Under the pieces are notes generated by a model. It searched no databases, was not told the origin of the DNA, and saw nothing but the letters and a program-made list of their open reading frames with translations. From NCBI GenBank assembly GCA_036172245.1, contig JAYWIR010000163.1, forward strand, positions 1-53,432: 53,432 nt of DNA, read 5' to 3'. Shown one piece after another: positions 48,761-53,432 of the stretch (position 1 is the stretch's first letter; every line of letters starts with the position of its first letter). Both the position numbers and the translations under genes were made by a program. This DNA comes from Raillietiella orientalis (lineage: Eukaryota).

Positions 48761-51700
48761 GCGTAGATTTGGACGGAAAACACCCCATTGGAAATTGAAA
48801 AGATAGAGAAATTTGTTTGATGCACTTTGAAGATATTATCTCTATGCTGGAAGTGGGAGTAGATTGATCAAAACTATTTTTATCTCTCAGGATTCCGACC
48901 GAATTCATTGAGAACCGGCCATGGTTGTTTTGGTACAAGTGCGAAGATTTCGAAGGAAAACCCCAGATTGGAAATAGAAAAGATAGAGGAATTTTTTATA
49001 TGCATTTTAGAGATTCTATCTCGATGCAGGAAGTGGAAGTAGATTGAATCCATCCACTTTGATGTCTCAGGATTGCGACCGAATTCATCGGGAAGCGGCC
49101 ATGGTCGTTTACGAGCAAGTGCCGAGGTTTGGACGGAAAACACCACATTGGAAATAGAAAAGATAAAGGAATTTTTTTGATGCATTTTGAAGATTCTATA
49201 TCTATGGTAGAAGAGAAAGTAGATTGATTCCAACCATTTTGATGTCTCAGGATTGCGACCGAATTCATCGGGAAGCGGCCATGGTCGTTGACGTGCAAGT
49301 GCGGAGATTTGGACGGAAAACACATCATTGGAGATAGAAAAGATAGAGGAATTTTTGTGATGCATTCTGAAGATTCTATTTTTATGCTGGAAGAGGAAGT
49401 AGATTGATTCCAACAATTTTGATGTGTCACGATTACGACCGAATTCATCGGGAAGCGGCCAGGTCGTTTACGTGCAAGTGCGGAGATTTGGACGGAAAAC
49501 ACCACATTGGAAATAGAAAAGATAGAGGAATTTCTTATATGCATTTTAGAGATTCTATCTCGATGCAGGAAGTGGGAGTAGATTGATTCCAGCTATTTTG
49601 ATGTCTCAGGATTGCGACCGAATTGATCGGGAACCGGCCATGGTCGTTTTCGTGCAAGTGCGAAGATTTGGACGGAAAACACCACATTGGAAATAGAAAA
49701 CATAGAGGAATTTTCTTGATGCACTCTGAAGATTCTATTTCTATGCTGGAAGTGGAAGTAGATTGATTCCAACCATTTTGATGTCTCAGGATTGCGACGG
49801 AATTCATCGGGAAGCGGCCAGGTCGTGTACGTGCAAGTGCGGAGATTTGGACGGAAAACACCACATTAAAAATAGAAAAGATAGAGGAATTTTTTAGATG
49901 CATTTCAGAGATTGTATCTCGATGCAGGAAGTGAGTGTAGATTGATTCCAGCTATTTTGATGTCTCAGGATTGCGACCGAATTAATCGGGAACCAGCGAT
50001 GGTCGTTTTGGTTCAAGTGCGAAGATTTGGACGGAAAACACCACATTGGAAATAGAAAACATAGAGGAATTTTCTTGATGCACTTTGAAGATTCTATTTC
50101 TATGCTGGAAGTGGAAGTAGATTGATTCCAACCATTTTCATGTTTCAGGATTTCGACCGAGTTCATCGGGAACCGGCCACGGTCGTTTACGTGCAAGTGC
50201 TGAGATTTGGACGGAAAATTCCACATTGGAAATAAAAAGATGGAGGAATTTTTTTAATGCATTTTAGAGACTTTATCTCGATGCAGGAAGTGGAAGTAGA
50301 TTGATTCCATCCATTTTGATGTCTCAGGATTGCGACCGAATTCATCGGGAAGCGGCCATGGTCGTTGACGTGCAAGTGCGGAGATTTGGACGGAAAACAC
50401 CACATTAAAAATAGAAAAGATAGAGGAATTTTTGTGATGCATTCTGAAGATTCTATTTCTATGCTGGAAGTGGAAGTAGATTGATTCCAATTATTTTGAT
50501 GTCTCAGGATTGCGAGGGGATTCATCGGGAAGCGGTCAGGTCGTGTACGTGCAATTGAGGAGATTTGGACGGAAAACACCATATTGGAAATAGAAAACAT
50601 AGAGGAATTTTTTATATGCATATTAGAGATTCTATCTCGATGCAGCAAGTGGTAGTAGGTTGATTACAGCTATTTTCATGTCAAAGGATTGCGACCGAAA
50701 TCATCTGGAACCGGCCATGGTCGTTTAGGTTCAAGTGCGGAGATTTGGACGGAAAACACCACAAAGGAAATAGAAAAGATAGAGGAATTTTTTCGATCCA
50801 CTTTGAAGATTCTATTTGGATGTAGTAAGTGGAAGTAGATTGCTTCCAACCATTTTGATGTCTCAGGATTTCGACCGAATTCATCGGGAACCGGCCATGT
50901 TCGTTTAGGTGCCAGTGCGGAAATTTGGACGGAAAACACCACATTGGAAATAGAAAAGATAAAGGAATTCTTTTGATGCATTTTGAAGATTCTATTTCTA
51001 TGCTGGAAGAGGAAGTAGATTGATTCCAACCATTTTGATGTCTCAGGATTGCGAGGGAATTCATCGGGAAGCGGCCATGGTCGTTTACGAGCAAGTGCCG
51101 AGGATTGGACGGAAAACACCACATTGGAAATAGAAAAGATAGAGGAATTTTTTATATGCATTTGAGAGATTCTATCTCGATGCAGCAAGTGGGAGTAGAT
51201 TGATTACAGCTATTTTGATGTCTGAAAATTTCGACCGAAATCATCTGGAACCGGCCATGGTCGTTTAGGTGCAAGTGCGAAGATTTGGACGGAAAACACC
51301 ACATTGGAAATTAAAAATATACAGGAATTTGTTTGATGCACTTTGAAGATTCTATCTCCATGCTGGAAGTGGAAGTACATTGATTCCAACCATTTTGATG
51401 TCTCAGGATTTCGACGGAATTCATCGGGAAGCGGCCAGGTCGTGTACGTACAAGTGAGGAGATTTCGACGGAAAACACCACATTAAAAATAGAAAAGATA
51501 GAGGAATTTTTTAGATGCATTTGAGAGATTCTATCTCGATGCAGGAAGTGGGAGTAGATTGATTCCAGCTATTTTGATGTCTCAGGATTGCGACCGAATT
51601 AATCGGGAACCGGCCATGGTCGTTTTGGTGCAAGTGCGAAGATTTGGACGGAAAACACCACATTGGAAATTAAAAATATACAGGAATTTGTTTGATGCAC

Positions 51701-51814
51701 TTTGAAGATTCTATCTCCATGCTGGAAGTGGAAGTACATTGATTCCAACCATTTTCATGTCTCAGGATTGCGACCTAATTCATCGGGAAGCGGCCAGGTC
51801 GTTTACGTGCAAGT

Positions 51815-53432
51815 GCGGAGATTTGGACGGAAAACACCACATTGGAAATAGAAAAGATAGAGGAATTTGTTTAATGCACTTTGAAGATTCTATCTCTATG
51901 CTGGAAGTGGAAGTAGATTGATTCCAACCATTTTGATGTCTCAGGATTTCGACGGAATTCATCGGGAAGCGGCCAGGTCGTGTACGTGCAAGTGAGGAGA
52001 TTTGGACGGAAAACACCATATTGGAAATAGAAAAGATAGAGGAATTTTTTAGATGCATTTTAGAGATTCTATCTCGATGCAGGAAGTTGGAGTAGATTGA
52101 TTCCAGCTATTTTGATGTCTCAGGATTGCGACCGAATTAATCGGGAACCGGCCATGGTCGTTTTGGTGCAAGTGCGAAGATTTGGACGGAAAACACCACA
52201 TTGGAAATAGAAAACATAGAGGAATTTTCTTGATGCAGTTTGAAGATTCTATTTCTATGCTGGAAGTGGAAGTAGATTGATTCCAACCATTTTCATGTCT
52301 CAGGATTTCGACCGAGTTCATCGGGAACCGGCCACGGTCGTTTACGTGCAAGTGCTGAGATTTGGACGGAAAAATCCACATTGGAAATAGAAAAGATAGA
52401 GGAATTTTTTTGATGCACTTCGAAGATTCCATTTGGATGTAGGAAGTGGAAGTAGATTGATTCCAGCCATTTTGATGTCTCAGGATTGCGACCGAAATCA
52501 TCTGGAACCGGCCATGGTCGTTTAGGTGCAAGTGCGGAGATTTGGACGGAAAAATCCACATTGGAAATAAAAAGATAGAGGAATTTTTTTGATGCATTTT
52601 AGAGACTCTATCTCGATGCAGGAAGAGGAAGTAGATTGATTCCATCCATTTTGATGTCTCAGGATTGCGACCGAATTAATCGGGAACCGGCCATGGTCGT
52701 TTTGGTGCAAGTGCGGAGATTTGGACGGAAAACACCACATTGGAAATAGAAAAGATAGAGGAATTTGTTTAATGCACTTTGAAGATTCTATCTCTATGCT
52801 GGAAGTGGAAGTAGATTGATTCCAACCATTTTGATGTCTCAGGATTTCGACGGAATTCATCGGGAAGCGGCCAGGTCGTGTACGTGCAAGTGAGGAGATT
52901 TGGACGGAAAACACCATATTGGAAATAGAAAAGATAGAGGAATTTTTTAGATGCATTTTAGAGATTCTATCTCGATGCAGGAAGTGGGAGTAGATTGATT
53001 CCAGCTATTTTGATGTCTCAGGATTGCGACCGAATTAATCGGGAACCGGCCATGGTCGTTTTGGTGCAAGTGCGAAGATTTGGACGGAAAACACCACATT
53101 GGAAATAGAAAACATAGAGAAATTTTCTTGATGCACTTTGAAGATTCTATTTCTATGCTGGAAGTGGAAGTAGATTGATTCCAACCATTTTCATGTCTCA
53201 GGATTTCGACCGAGTTCATCGGGAACCGGCCACGGTCGTTTACGTGCAAGTGCTGAGATTTGGACGGAAAAATCCACATTGGAAATAGAAAAGATAGAGG
53301 AATTTTTTTGATGCACTTCGAAGATTCCATTTGGATGTAGGAAGTGGAAGTAGATTGATTCCAGCCATTTTGATGTCTCAGGATTGCGACCGAAATCATC
53401 TGGAACCGGCCATGGTCGTTTAGGTGCAAGTG
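51815..53432 (+). repeat. 5-monomer-period (898-bp) duplication: 51,815-52,534 recurs at 52,713-53,432 and runs off the window end
   Basis: TTAATGCAC, GTGAGGAG/CCATATT, GCCACGG/GCTGAG/AAATCC and CACTTCG/TTCCATTTGG/CCAGCC recur at +898. About 3 mismatches were seen. Confidence 0.92.

Larger units (their letters stand above)
1..53432 (+). repeat. Tandem satellite DNA array, ~180-bp monomer, 297 copies head-to-tail (probable centromeric/pericentromeric or subtelomeric heterochromatin)
   Basis: GCGGAGATTTGGACGGAAAA recurs at 1, 181, 361, 721... and the last full monomer starts at 53,252. The net drift of -29 bp over 297 units is fully accounted for by 30 small deletions (32 bp) and 3 single-base insertions. 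Most monomers carry GAATTC (EcoRI), CCATGG (NcoI) and ATGCAT/ATGCAC. The chromosomal location is inferred from unit length only. Confidence 0.99.

Noticed and set aside
1..53432. CRISPR array or repeat-spacer/cassette system
   Set aside because: There are no unique spacers. The whole 180 bp is homologous between units, variation consists of shared point alleles, and there are no cas, integrase or reverse transcriptase genes.
1..53432. Tandem RNA-gene array (5S rRNA, tRNA, snRNA, spliced leader)
   Set aside because: I recognise no such sequence or convincing Pol III box arrangement, and substitutions are spread over the whole unit instead of sparing a gene-sized segment. An Rfam/Infernal scan would be the formal test.
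1..53432. Hidden transposon insertion, inversion or unique island
   Set aside because: Monomer phase can be followed continuously from 1 to 53,432, and the -29 bp drift is fully explained by indels of 3 bp or less, leaving no room for foreign sequence.

Overview
The whole 53,432-bp window is one uninterrupted head-to-tail tandem satellite array of a ~180-bp monomer. It holds 297 complete copies (1-53,431) plus 1 base, all in the same orientation, with no unique sequence, transposon, RNA gene or credible protein-coding gene. By-eye consensus (~41% GC): GCGGAGATTTGGACGGAAAACACCACATTGGAAATAGAAAAGATAGAGGAATTTTTTTGATGCATTTTGAAGATTCTATTTCTATGCTGGAAGTGGAAGTAGATTGATTCCAACCATTTTGATGTCTCAGGATTGCGACCGAATTCATCGGGAACCGGCCATGGTCGTTTTGGTGCAAGT. 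A nucleosome-scale unit in such an array is typical of eukaryotic centromeric, pericentromeric or subtelomeric satellite. I do not recognise the family or species; it does not match the Arabidopsis CEN178/180 or maize knob180 consensus as I recall them. The listed ORFs arise because 180 is divisible by 3 and the consensus has two stop-free minus-strand frames. The real structure lies above the monomer level: (1) a homogeneous left domain with short, variable-period higher-order repeats (HORs); (2) a near-identical 20-mer (3,599-bp) tandem duplication at ~20.3-27.5 kb with an older paralogue at 14-17.4 kb; (3) a 539-bp 3-mer HOR at 46.6-48.8 kb; (4) 360-, 898-, 2,338-, 4,675- and ~7,017-bp block duplications; (5) a 179-bp monomer lineage that increases rightward; and (6) isolated monomer patches of the other domain's type. 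I found no evidence of a new gene-encoding system. All alignments were done by eye, so boundaries are approximate.
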